A stretch of DNA of 64,000 nucleotides, taken from contig JBFMAF010000024.1 in the NCBI GenBank assembly GCA_040755995.1, positions 128,001 to 192,000 on the forward strand, written 5' to 3'. This document shows, one piece after another, positions 30,963 to 39,510 of this stretch (its first letter is position 1; every line of letters begins with the position of its first letter). The notes under the pieces are model-generated. The model saw only the letters and a list, made by a program, of their open reading frames with translations. It ran no database searches and was not told the origin of the DNA. Origin of the DNA: Acidobacteriota bacterium. Its GTDB lineage: Bacteria > Acidobacteriota > CAIWXX01. The position numbers and the translations under genes were made by a program.

Positions 30963-31178
30963 CAGCTCTTCGTGAACGCGCCCCAAGTTTCCTTTGCAGG
31001 TGGCGATGAGCTCCAGGATGTAGTCACGATGGGCTTCGGATCTCTCCGGCCGGACTATTCGGGGGACTTCCGAAAACCCTCTCGCGATGACCCCGACCAC
31101 CGCACCCCTCGATACCCCGACCACCTTCGCGATCTGTCGGCAACTCCGCCCGGCCTCAGAGAGCCGCAGCGACGCGCT
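30963..31178 (-). mobile_element. Degenerate IS21-family transposase (IstA) N-terminal fragment
   Basis: LRLSEAGRSCRQIAKVVGVSRGAV...EVPRI.R.E..E.HRD.ILEL...CKGNL.RVHEEL resembles an IstA HTH N-terminus. No start codon, no DDE domain, no istB. Confidence 0.6.
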
Positions 31179-32541
31179 TCTTCTCCCGCTTCGCCTTTTG
31201 GTAGCATTTGGAACAGAGCGGGTGGTCTTCCTGTCTGCCGCCGAGCCACTGTTGGACCGGCCGAGTCTCCCCGCAGGATGCGCACTCACGCTTGGTCTGG
31301 CAAACCCGGTTGTAACACCGATGGCACACCGGGCCGCGGCCGGGTATTCTTGCCGCGGCGACGGCCACGGCACCGCACTCCGCACAGGTGTGCCGCGGAT
31401 GGTGGCTCTTTCGGTAACATCGTTGGCAGACCGCGCCGCGCCCCGGGATCAACTTCCCGGCTACCGCCACGACGCCGCATTCGATGCACTGGTATCGGGG
31501 CCGCTGAGTGGCGCTGTAACAGCGGCTGCACAGCGGGCGCCGATCCGTGGTGAGACCGCCGCGGCGCCGCACCTTGCCGCACTTTGCACACATAATGGCA
31601 CCCCCCCGATATCGCCGGTCGTAGCAAGAGGTACAGATGGGTCCATGCCCCGGGACGAGCGCATTGGCAGGTCTCGTGCGACCACAGTCTGTACACACGT
31701 ACTTTGGCAGGTGTCTTCTTGAATAGCATCTGCGGCAAACCACAGTCCCGTCGGGCGTTATTGCCGCTGCTATCGCGAGGCTGCCACACTCGCCGCAATG
31801 ATGTCGGGGTCGGTACTTCCCATTATAGCAAACCATACAAACCGGGCCGTGATCCTCAATGACGGCCGCGACGACCCGGATGCGGTGACAGTCCGTGCAA
31901 TCGAGCTTCGGCCGGTAATACCTGGCGTAACAGGTGCCGCAGACAGGCCCCACATCCGCGATCACCGCGATTGCTTTCGCTACCCTCCCGCAACGCGCAC
32001 AGTTCCTCATCGGGGAGTAGTGCCTTGTGTAGCATGTGGAGCAGATCGGGCCGCGACCCGGGAGATATGTCACGGCGGCCCCGGCCTTTCCACAAGCGGC
32101 GCAATACTGCGTGGGGCGGTAGCGCTTTGCGTAGCATCGGCGACAGATCGCCTCTCCTCCACCGAGGCGAAAAACGACGGGCGAGGCCTGCCCGCAGTCC
32201 CGGCATACCTCGACTGGAGGATGGTAGCAACACATCCCTATCGTCAGTCCGTCCGTTCGCAGTAGTTGTATGGTCGAAATCCTGCCGCAGATGTCGCAAG
32301 TTCCACGTCGATCGACTCGACCCTTGCCGGCACACGAGGCGCATTTCGCGACGTGGCCCGTGATTTCGCCCCTTTCATTGAGCACCGGAGTCATGAAGGT
32401 GACACGCCAGCGGTGGCAGCTGGCGCACTCCTGCTTCTCCGGCCGGGCGCGCACTACGATCCGCCGGGCGGGCTCGTGCAGGCGCACGCACTCCCTGTCC
32501 CCGCAAACCGGGCATATCTTGCTCGACTCAGCGTTGGCCAC
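31156..32541 (-). CDS. Tandem zinc-finger repeat protein (about 10 x 34-aa C-x2-C-x16-C-x2-C-Y units)
   Basis: 461-aa ORF with directly visible periodic Cys pairs. GTG starts 1 nt after the kinase stop. Confidence 0.85.
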   Translation of the reverse strand: MANAESSKICPVCGDRECVRLHEPARRIVVRARPEKQECASCHRWRVTFMTPVLNERGEITGHVAKCASCAGKGRVDRRGTCDICGRISTIQLLRTDGLTIGMCCYHPPVEVCRDCGQASPVVFRLGGGEAICRRCYAKRYRPTQYCAACGKAGAAVTYLPGRGPICSTCYTRHYSPMRNCARCGRVAKAIAVIADVGPVCGTCYARYYRPKLDCTDCHRIRVVAAVIEDHGPVCMVCYNGKYRPRHHCGECGSLAIAAAITPDGTVVCRRCYSRRHLPKYVCTDCGRTRPANALVPGHGPICTSCYDRRYRGGAIMCAKCGKVRRRGGLTTDRRPLCSRCYSATQRPRYQCIECGVVAVAGKLIPGRGAVCQRCYRKSHHPRHTCAECGAVAVAAARIPGRGPVCHRCYNRVCQTKRECASCGETRPVQQWLGGRQEDHPLCSKCYQKAKREKKRVAAAL

Positions 32542-32542
32542 G

Positions 32543-33487
32543 CTACTTCTGCACCTCGTTGCAGTAGTTGCAGCGCTGGGCGCGCGGGGGCAGGGGACGA
32601 TGGCAGTTCCAGCAGCGGCGTGCCCTGCTCGCCTCCTCGCGCGCCTTCAGTCGACTCCGTATGTCCTCCATCTGGCTCTCCTTGCGCGTGACGCCGAGCG
32701 CAGCGTCCATGTCGCCGAGGATGTCTGCGACGCTCTGGTATCGCTCCTTGACATCGGTCGCCAGGGCCTTCATGCAGACGTCGTTGAGCGCTCGCGGGAC
32801 GGCTGGATTCTTGATCTTCAGCGGCGTGATCTTGCCCTGCGTTGCCAGCTTCTCCATGATCGCCGGGTTGGGATGGAAGAGCGGCGGAGCGCCTGAGATC
32901 ATCTCGTAGAAGATGCAGCCGAGTGAGTAGATGTCCGAGGCGAGAACGGCCTTGCCCTGGAACTGCTCCGGCGCCATGTACGGCGGCGATCCGATTCGTG
33001 TCTGCGCATAGGCCTTTGATTCGATGATGGTGGACGTGCCGAAGTCGGTGATCTTGATCTGCCCGGCGTCGGAGACGAGCAGGTTGGACGGCCGCAGGTC
33101 GCGGTGCAGGACGTGGTTCTGGTGCGCGTGCATCAGGCCCAGGCAAGCCTGGCGCAAGTAATCGGTTGCGCGCTTGACATCCAGGGTCTTCTCGCGGTCC
33201 AGGATGGATTCAAGCGACTCGCCCTTCACGTACTCCATGACCATGAAGAACACCTCCTCGGCCTTCTCCGCCGTGACGAGCCGGACGATGTTGGGGTGAT
33301 TCAGGGCTGCGTGAAGCCTCGATTCCTTCAGGAGCTGGAAAAGGTCGTCGCTCTGCTTGTGCGGTACCTTCAGCGCGACCTTCTTGTCCAGCCAGGAGTC
33401 GATTGCCAGGTACACTGCCCCGAAGCCGCCGACGCCGAGCGTCTCCAGGATCTGGTACTTCCCGACCTGTTGTCCTTTGAGAAACAT
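32543..33487 (-). CDS. Cytoplasmic Hanks-type Ser/Thr kinase with C-terminal zinc ribbon
   Basis: LGVGGFGAVY, VALK, HRDLRPSN, DFG, YMAPE and a CWNC-x9-CNYC tail. Confidence 0.93.
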   Translation of the reverse strand: MFLKGQQVGKYQILETLGVGGFGAVYLAIDSWLDKKVALKVPHKQSDDLFQLLKESRLHAALNHPNIVRLVTAEKAEEVFFMVMEYVKGESLESILDREKTLDVKRATDYLRQACLGLMHAHQNHVLHRDLRPSNLLVSDAGQIKITDFGTSTIIESKAYAQTRIGSPPYMAPEQFQGKAVLASDIYSLGCIFYEMISGAPPLFHPNPAIMEKLATQGKITPLKIKNPAVPRALNDVCMKALATDVKERYQSVADILGDMDAALGVTRKESQMEDIRSRLKAREEASRARRCWNCHRPLPPRAQRCNYCNEVQK

Positions 33488-33493
33488 CCCTGC

Positions 33494-34522
33494 CTATACC
33501 CGGAGCACGACCTTCCCGAAGTGCCCTCGTTCCTCCATTCGCTGCTGCGCCTGGGCCGCCTCCCGGAGCGGGAAGACGGAGTCGACTATCGGCGTCAGCC
33601 TTCCCTGCTCCCACAGTCTCACCACTTCCAGCATCTCCGACTTGCTTCCCATGTAAGAACCCAGAAGCGAGAGCTGTCTGGAGAAAAGGTACCTCAGGTC
33701 GAGCTTCGCGCTGAACCCCGTCGTGGCTCCGCACGTGACAAGGCGTCCGCCGGGAGCCAGAGAGAGCACCGACTTCTCGAACGTGGCATCGCCGACGTGC
33801 TCGAACACGACGTCGACCCCGCGCTTCCCCGTGAGTTTCCTGACCTCCTCCAGGATGTCCTGCCGCGAGTGATTGATCGTCTCATCGGCGCCGAGACGCC
33901 GCGCCTTTTCGAGCTTGTCCTCGGATCCTGCGGTGGCGATCACTCGCGCCCCGTGGAGCTTGCCGATCTGGATAGCGGCGTGTCCCACTCCACTGCCGGC
34001 GCCCAGCACAAGCAGCTCTTCGCCCACCTTGATCCGGCACCGTGTTACCAGCATGTGCCACGCCGTCAGGAAGACCAGCGGCAGCGCCGCCGCCTCTTCG
34101 AAGTCCTTGTCCTGAGGAATGGGAATCACGTTCAGCGCCGGGACCTTGATGAGCTCCGCATATCCACCGTCGGTCTGGAAACCGAGAACCTGGTAAGAAC
34201 GGCAGAGGCTGTCCCACCCGCTCAGACAGTGGATGCATCGCCCGCAGCTCAGCGCCGGGAAGAGCAACACCCGCTGGCCGGTCGAGAAATGCCGCCCGAG
34301 CTCGCCCACCGCCGCCACCTCCCCGGCAACATCGCTGCCCGCGACATGCGGAAACGGGATCCGTATTCCCTGGAGCCCTCGCCGGCCCCAGATGTCCAGG
34401 AAGTTCAGCGCGCAGGCGCGCACACTAACGAGCACCTCACCGGAGTTGATGAGCGGGTCATTGAGGTCGCCGTAGATGAGCTTGTCGGGCCCGCCGTGCT
34501 CATTGAAGAATACTGCCTTCAT
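33494..34522 (-). CDS. Zinc-binding dehydrogenase / quinone oxidoreductase (MDR family)
   Basis: PH..GSD.AG, structural-zinc CGRC.HC...C and GAGSGVG. Confidence 0.9.
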   Translation of the reverse strand: MKAVFFNEHGGPDKLIYGDLNDPLINSGEVLVSVRACALNFLDIWGRRGLQGIRIPFPHVAGSDVAGEVAAVGELGRHFSTGQRVLLFPALSCGRCIHCLSGWDSLCRSYQVLGFQTDGGYAELIKVPALNVIPIPQDKDFEEAAALPLVFLTAWHMLVTRCRIKVGEELLVLGAGSGVGHAAIQIGKLHGARVIATAGSEDKLEKARRLGADETINHSRQDILEEVRKLTGKRGVDVVFEHVGDATFEKSVLSLAPGGRLVTCGATTGFSAKLDLRYLFSRQLSLLGSYMGSKSEMLEVVRLWEQGRLTPIVDSVFPLREAAQAQQRMEERGHFGKVVLRV

Positions 34523-34923
34523 CACGCACCCTCGCTTCCGGCCGCGGACTTGACGATACCGACGATGAAATCGTCGACCTCCTGGGCCAGACCTTCGATT
34601 TCAGCCTTGGGGTAGAACTGGACCAGCGTCTTGGGACGCATGGTGCAGATGCGGGTCTCCCCCGCTTGCACGTAGACGGCGATAGGGCACGGCAGCATCA
34701 AGGCAATCTTCACGTCGGCCTTGAGGGCCGCATGCGCGAACTTGGCGTTGCACACCTCGATTATCTTCAGAGGATCCCGATGAAAGCCCTTCTCCTCGAG
34801 GGTGGCCTTGACGTCATGAATGTGGAGGACCCTGAACCCCTTGGCGGCCGCCACCGCCTGAACGGCCTGCACCGCTTCGTCGAAGCTCTTCTTCGTGGTT
34901 ACCGTATATTCGAAATCCAGCAT
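34522..34923 (-). CDS. DUF302 family protein
   Basis: GF.VLH.HDV..TL..KG, IEVCN..A and LMLPC.I.VY. GGAGG RBS. Confidence 0.85.
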   Translation of the reverse strand: MLDFEYTVTTKKSFDEAVQAVQAVAAAKGFRVLHIHDVKATLEEKGFHRDPLKIIEVCNAKFAHAALKADVKIALMLPCPIAVYVQAGETRICTMRPKTLVQFYPKAEIEGLAQEVDDFIVGIVKSAAGSEGA

Positions 34924-35129
34924 GGCATCACCTCCCGCGATTCTACGGGGATTATAGTACAAGTCCCGTCCCGCCAAGTCGATCGCGATCGTAGTGGTGA
35001 AGGTGGACGTGCACGTCGCTGCCAATGGCCCTCCGCTCACGTCCACGAGAGCAAGGAAGTTGCCAGCGGATCACGACCCCGTGTCCTCCTCTTGACATCA
35101 CCAGGACTTCCGAGAAGAATGACGCCCTC

Positions 35130-37481
35130 ATGCGGTATGGAAAAGCCATCTGGGTGATGCCGGTGCTGCTGGCGGGGATGCCGGCGTGCCGGAGCGACCG
35201 GACCGTCGCCCTGGACCTGGTCCGTCTTCAGGGCCAGTCGCAACTTCTGGCTGACACTCGTCGGATCGACTTCGGCGTCGAACGCGACCGGGCCTTCCTG
35301 GGGGATTCCTGGTCAGGCGATGAGAAGGATCCGTCAGGGCGGACTTTCGTGTGGGCCGTGTCGACCACCGCGTCGGTCAGATTCGAGGCGCTTAGATCCC
35401 GCGACCTGTTGGCCGACCTGAACTGCAGGCCCTTCGTCAGAAACGGGGCGACCCAGACCATCGCCGTCTCGCTGAACGGCGCGGCGATCGGCAAGCCGAT
35501 CTCGATGACCCCGGAATTCTCCAAGTATCAAATCTTTCTCCCGTCACGCCTGGTGGTCTCCGGTGTGAACACGATCGAATTTACGTTCGGCTACGCCGGT
35601 GACGAGGAGCCTGCGCCGAGGCCGAAGTCGAGAAGGACTGAGACGGTCGCAAGCGCAGCGGGGGAGTCCCGCCCGCTGGCGGTGTGCTTCGACTACATCG
35701 AGATCGACCCGTACGAGGAAGCCGACCGCGCGAGCCCCGCCGTGGCATCCCAGGCATCGCCCTCCTTGTCCGCTCTGAAGCTTGTCTCGTCGGAGGTGGT
35801 CGGGCAGCCGGCGGGAACAATCAGGACGTACTTCCTTAGGCTGCCTGCCCTGGAGCGCGAGCCGAGATTGGAGCTGGAGTGCGCAGTGCCTCGCGAGTTC
35901 GCCGGCAAGTCGGTCGAGTTCAAGATCGAGGTCGAGCCGGACGGCGGCCCGCGCCGATCGATTCTTGATCGGAGCGTATCGGCCGGACGATTCGAGATCG
36001 AACCGCTGGACCTTTCAGCCGAGGCGGGCCGGTTCGTGAGATTGAGCCTCGCCGCCAGTGGCACGGCTCCGTCGGGACTCTGGGTTAAGCCGCGTATCAC
36101 GGTGGCAAGCCCGAAATCGCAGCCGGAGGACCCACGCATCGAAGCCGGCCGGAAAGCCCTGGCGAGCAGCAACCTTCTCATCATTCTGCTCGACGCCGCC
36201 TCTGCCGGCCACTTCGGATCGTACGGGTATCGCCTCGACACTACGCCCAATATCGATCGGATGGCGCGGGAGGGCGTGCGCTTTTCGAACGCATTCTGCA
36301 ACGCCGTGTTCACCATGGCTTCCACGGGCTCGCTCATGACCGGCCAATATCCCGACGTGCATCGGGTGCTCTACAGTAAGAATCGCCTCACCTCCGAGGG
36401 CTATACCCTGGCTGAAATGCTGATGGCCAAGGGCGTCAAGACCGCAGCCTTTGTTGCAAACTCCAACGCGGGCGCTCTGCGTGGATACGACCAGGGCTTC
36501 GGCGACCTGTACGAGCTCTTCCGGTTCGAGGAGTTCCAATCGTTGTGCGTGAATCAGAACATCTGGCTGTTCCCCTGGCTCGACAAGAACAAGAGCCAGC
36601 CCTTTTTCCTCTACCTGCACTTCCGCGAACCGCATTTCGGCGGTTATCCGCCGAAGGAGTTCCTCGACAAGTTCAGCACCGGATTCACCGGCAAGATCGA
36701 CGTGCTGTTGGATCGCGAGAAGATCAACCGGGGGCAGCGGTCGTTGAACGAGGCCGAGCTGAAGCACATCGTCTCAGTCTACGATGCCACGCTGAACTAC
36801 GCGGACTACGAGGTCGGGCTCATCGTGAAGAAGCTGAAGGACCTGGGCGTATGGAACAACACGCTGGTGTTCATCATCGCGGACCATGGGGAGGCGCTGT
36901 GGGAACACGGGTATTTCGGGCACAACACGCAGGTCTACCAGAACCAGGCGCACATCCCGTTCATAGTTCATCTGCCTGATGGGGTTGGCGCATCCGGCGG
37001 ACGTGTCGTCGACTGCGTCGTCCAGACGATCGACATCTTCGCGACGATTGCGGACGTGCATCGCGACGAACGTGCGCAGTCGGCGGCGCAGGGGAGGAGC
37101 CTGCTGGAGCTGCTCCTGGTCCCGGGTTCACATCGAGACGGCATGGTCTACACGCGCACCCTCTGGGACAAGCCCACCTACGGCGCGCGGGACGGCCGCT
37201 ACGAGTACGTGTTCTCGACCCGCGACGGCACCGAGGGGCTCTATGATCTCAAGAGCGATCCGGCCGAGACCAGAAATCTGGTGACCGAGAGCCCCGTGGC
37301 GGCGGGCTACTTCCGGCAAAATCTGCGAGCCTGGGTGCAGGAGCAGAAGGACCGGTCGCGCGCGCTCTCTTCTCCGGGAACGGCCGCTCTCGATGACGCG
37401 ACGCGTCAAGACCTGCAACAGCTGGGCTACATAGACGACCAGGGCAGGGATACGCAAGACACCGAACACGCGCCCGAGTGA
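35130..37481 (+). CDS. Sulfatase-like hydrolase/transferase (alkaline phosphatase superfamily) with N-terminal beta-sandwich domains
   Basis: ILLDA, TTPNID..A.EGV.F.NA, LHFREPH, ADHGEA..EHG..GH and LYDL..DP.E..NL. Confidence 0.88.
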   Translation: MRYGKAIWVMPVLLAGMPACRSDRTVALDLVRLQGQSQLLADTRRIDFGVERDRAFLGDSWSGDEKDPSGRTFVWAVSTTASVRFEALRSRDLLADLNCRPFVRNGATQTIAVSLNGAAIGKPISMTPEFSKYQIFLPSRLVVSGVNTIEFTFGYAGDEEPAPRPKSRRTETVASAAGESRPLAVCFDYIEIDPYEEADRASPAVASQASPSLSALKLVSSEVVGQPAGTIRTYFLRLPALEREPRLELECAVPREFAGKSVEFKIEVEPDGGPRRSILDRSVSAGRFEIEPLDLSAEAGRFVRLSLAASGTAPSGLWVKPRITVASPKSQPEDPRIEAGRKALASSNLLIILLDAASAGHFGSYGYRLDTTPNIDRMAREGVRFSNAFCNAVFTMASTGSLMTGQYPDVHRVLYSKNRLTSEGYTLAEMLMAKGVKTAAFVANSNAGALRGYDQGFGDLYELFRFEEFQSLCVNQNIWLFPWLDKNKSQPFFLYLHFREPHFGGYPPKEFLDKFSTGFTGKIDVLLDREKINRGQRSLNEAELKHIVSVYDATLNYADYEVGLIVKKLKDLGVWNNTLVFIIADHGEALWEHGYFGHNTQVYQNQAHIPFIVHLPDGVGASGGRVVDCVVQTIDIFATIADVHRDERAQSAAQGRSLLELLLVPGSHRDGMVYTRTLWDKPTYGARDGRYEYVFSTRDGTEGLYDLKSDPAETRNLVTESPVAAGYFRQNLRAWVQEQKDRSRALSSPGTAALDDATRQDLQQLGYIDDQGRDTQDTEHAPE

Positions 37482-37532
37482 ATGTAGACGCGGCGAGGCG
37501 GTGACACGCAGACGCGGAGAGAGAGCCTCGCT

Positions 37533-37760
37533 TCAGCGGTTCAGCAGAATCGAGTGAAATTCGGCGGCGTCATTGTCGTCCTTGGCGCCGACCCGCGTCG
37601 CGCATTCGGCACAGCGGTACTCGTACTTGTGCCCGGAGGGTAGCAGGAGGAGGAGATGTTTGCGCACGGGTTTCGCCGACTTGCAGCGCGGGCAGTACAG
37701 CTCCGCAGCCTCCAACTGGTCGAACTGCGGTCTTCTCTTCATGCCAAGAAAGCTTGCCAC
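37533..37760 (-). CDS. Small zinc-ribbon protein
   Basis: ELYCPRC...PVRK.LLL.LP.G.KYEY.C..C. Confidence 0.7.
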   Translation of the reverse strand: MASFLGMKRRPQFDQLEAAELYCPRCKSAKPVRKHLLLLLPSGHKYEYRCAECATRVGAKDDNDAAEFHSILLNR

Positions 37761-37855
37761 GGGCCCCTTCAGCCGTCAAGTCCGTGCACGACCGACCCGG
37801 CTGGCCGTGCCAGCGGCTGTTCGGGCACGGGACGCGCGGCGGCGTCCCTTCCGCG

Positions 37856-37887
37856 ACTGATAACTGTCAACTGACAAGCGACAACTG
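37856..37887. repeat. Degenerate heptamer tandem repeat (ACTGACA-like)
   Basis: ACTGATA ACTGTCA ACTGACA AGCGACA ACTG. The same unit occurs at 7617-7629. Confidence 0.6.
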
Positions 37888-38016
37888 CCTTCTGGCGCCA
37901 GAGGCCTGGTCTGTGGTATTGAATTGGGAGCAACGCAACCAACCGCCTGCCCACAGCGTGTGCGCGGTCAGGCGGCGCAGTGGCAAAGGCTGGACTTCGC
38001 AGGAGGAGGATTCGCC

Positions 38017-38334
38017 ATGGAGGAGCAAAGAGGATTCGTCGGATCTCTGGTCGATTTGTCGTTCTCCGCGTTCGTCACGACAAGGCTCGTGCCGATTCTT
38101 TACATTATCGCGGTGGTGCTGGCCGGAATCATCGCGGTGGTAGTGCTGCTGAGTGGATTCATGCGCGGGATCGGTATGGGGCTGATCTCGCTGATAATCG
38201 CCCCCCTCGCGTTCCTTCTCTACGTGATCCTGGCGCGGATCTGGCTCGAGCTGGTCATCGTGCTCTTCCGCGTTGCCGAGAACACGGGTGAGCTGGTAGC
38301 GTTGGCGAAGCGCGAAATGGGAGGATCGTCCTAG
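38017..38334 (+). CDS. DUF4282-family membrane protein
   Basis: GF..SL.DLSFS.FVT.RL...Y and R..LEL.IV.FR.AEN. AGGAGG RBS. Confidence 0.8.
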   Translation: MEEQRGFVGSLVDLSFSAFVTTRLVPILYIIAVVLAGIIAVVVLLSGFMRGIGMGLISLIIAPLAFLLYVILARIWLELVIVLFRVAENTGELVALAKREMGGSS

Positions 38335-38536
38335 TACTTGCGATCCCTGCGCGCCGAAGCACCTGTGGCAGTTCCACCCCGGGGGGCGCTGCCCGCCGCG
38401 GTCCCACGCCACTCCGTTCAAGCCGGTCTACTCAAGCGGACGGCGGCACTACCACGTCGTGCGATCTCCCTTGAGCGGCCTTACTGCTATTGGTTCGATA
38501 AACTCCGTTTGTTCGTGACGAGTCCAGGTGCGACTA

Positions 38537-38902
38537 CTACTTGAACATCTCGGCGACCTTGCACACCCCCGGCATCTCCCACTTCTGGCCGCCGAACGCC
38601 TTGACCCATCCCATGATCATGAAGACCAGGATGAGTATGCCGAACAGCGGCAGGATCAGGCAACCCAGGAATGGGATGAAACTGAGAATGAAGCATCCCA
38701 CCCAGCCCACGACAGCCACGATCGCCAGAGCGAGTCCCTGGCGGCCATGCCAGTAGACGTACTCCTTCTGCGGATCGGCCCGCTTGTCCTTGAACATCAG
38801 AAACGGTATCAGCGAGAATATCCCGAAGTAGGCGAGGAACAGGTGTATCTTGTCATCGTCGTGATAGGGCTTCGTACCCCCGGGGATTGCCGCGTCGCTC
38901 AT
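38537..38902 (-). CDS. DUF4870-like small membrane protein
   Basis: LAY.G....IP, YV.WH.RQGL.L, IPFLG and KA..G...MP. Confidence 0.75.
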   Translation of the reverse strand: MSDAAIPGGTKPYHDDDKIHLFLAYFGIFSLIPFLMFKDKRADPQKEYVYWHGRQGLALAIVAVVGWVGCFILSFIPFLGCLILPLFGILILVFMIMGWVKAFGGQKWEMPGVCKVAEMFK

Positions 38903-39009
38903 TCCATCCTCCATTCACTAGTTCGAACAACGATATTCGATGGACACGGTACAAGTCAAGGTTTCCGCGCGAATTCTTCAGCGGGTGTGCCTGCACCGGA
39001 CGAGAACCC

Positions 39010-39510
39010 GTGAGATTCGGAATCGAGCCGCATAGGCCGGGCGCGTTCCCGGCGTGGTTCTGGGTTGGGTTCGTCGTCGTGCTGCTCTTGCCCTTCGCGA
39101 GGATGCTGGGCGCCCTGCCGGATGATTGGATTCCACGGTGCCAGTTCCTGCTTTCTACCGGCCATCCCTGCCCAGGGTGCGGCATCACCCGTATGCTGAT
39201 GAGCCTGTCCCGGGGATACGTGGTCGAGGCATTCAGATCGCACCCCCTTGGGTTTCTCACGATAGCGGTCGTGTGTGTGTGGGTCGCGTTCGGGTTGGCA
39301 GCCCGGCTCGTAGCGCGCGATTTGCGCATCGAGCTGTCGCCGCGAGGCCGCTGGTACTTGTTGTCGATTGTCGTCATTGCTCTGATGCTCAACTGGGTCT
39401 ACCTCTGGACCAGAACCCCGGTCCTGCGAGGCAGGGCCGCCAGACCAGCTCGCTCGTATTGCACCGCACATCTCACGGAGATAGACTACGCCGCCTATGA
39501 TGATCCATGA
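39010..39510 (+). CDS. DUF2752-family membrane protein
   Basis: C.F...TG.PCPGCG.TR......G....A...HPL. Start uncertain. Confidence 0.8.
   Translation: MRFGIEPHRPGAFPAWFWVGFVVVLLLPFARMLGALPDDWIPRCQFLLSTGHPCPGCGITRMLMSLSRGYVVEAFRSHPLGFLTIAVVCVWVAFGLAARLVARDLRIELSPRGRWYLLSIVVIALMLNWVYLWTRTPVLRGRAARPARSYCTAHLTEIDYAAYDDP

Noticed and set aside
31156..32541. Multiheme cytochrome or TALE interpretation of the Cys-rich repeats
   Set aside because: Most motifs are CxxCG or CxxCY (only two CxxCH) and there is no signal peptide. The 34-aa period matches TALEs only numerically.
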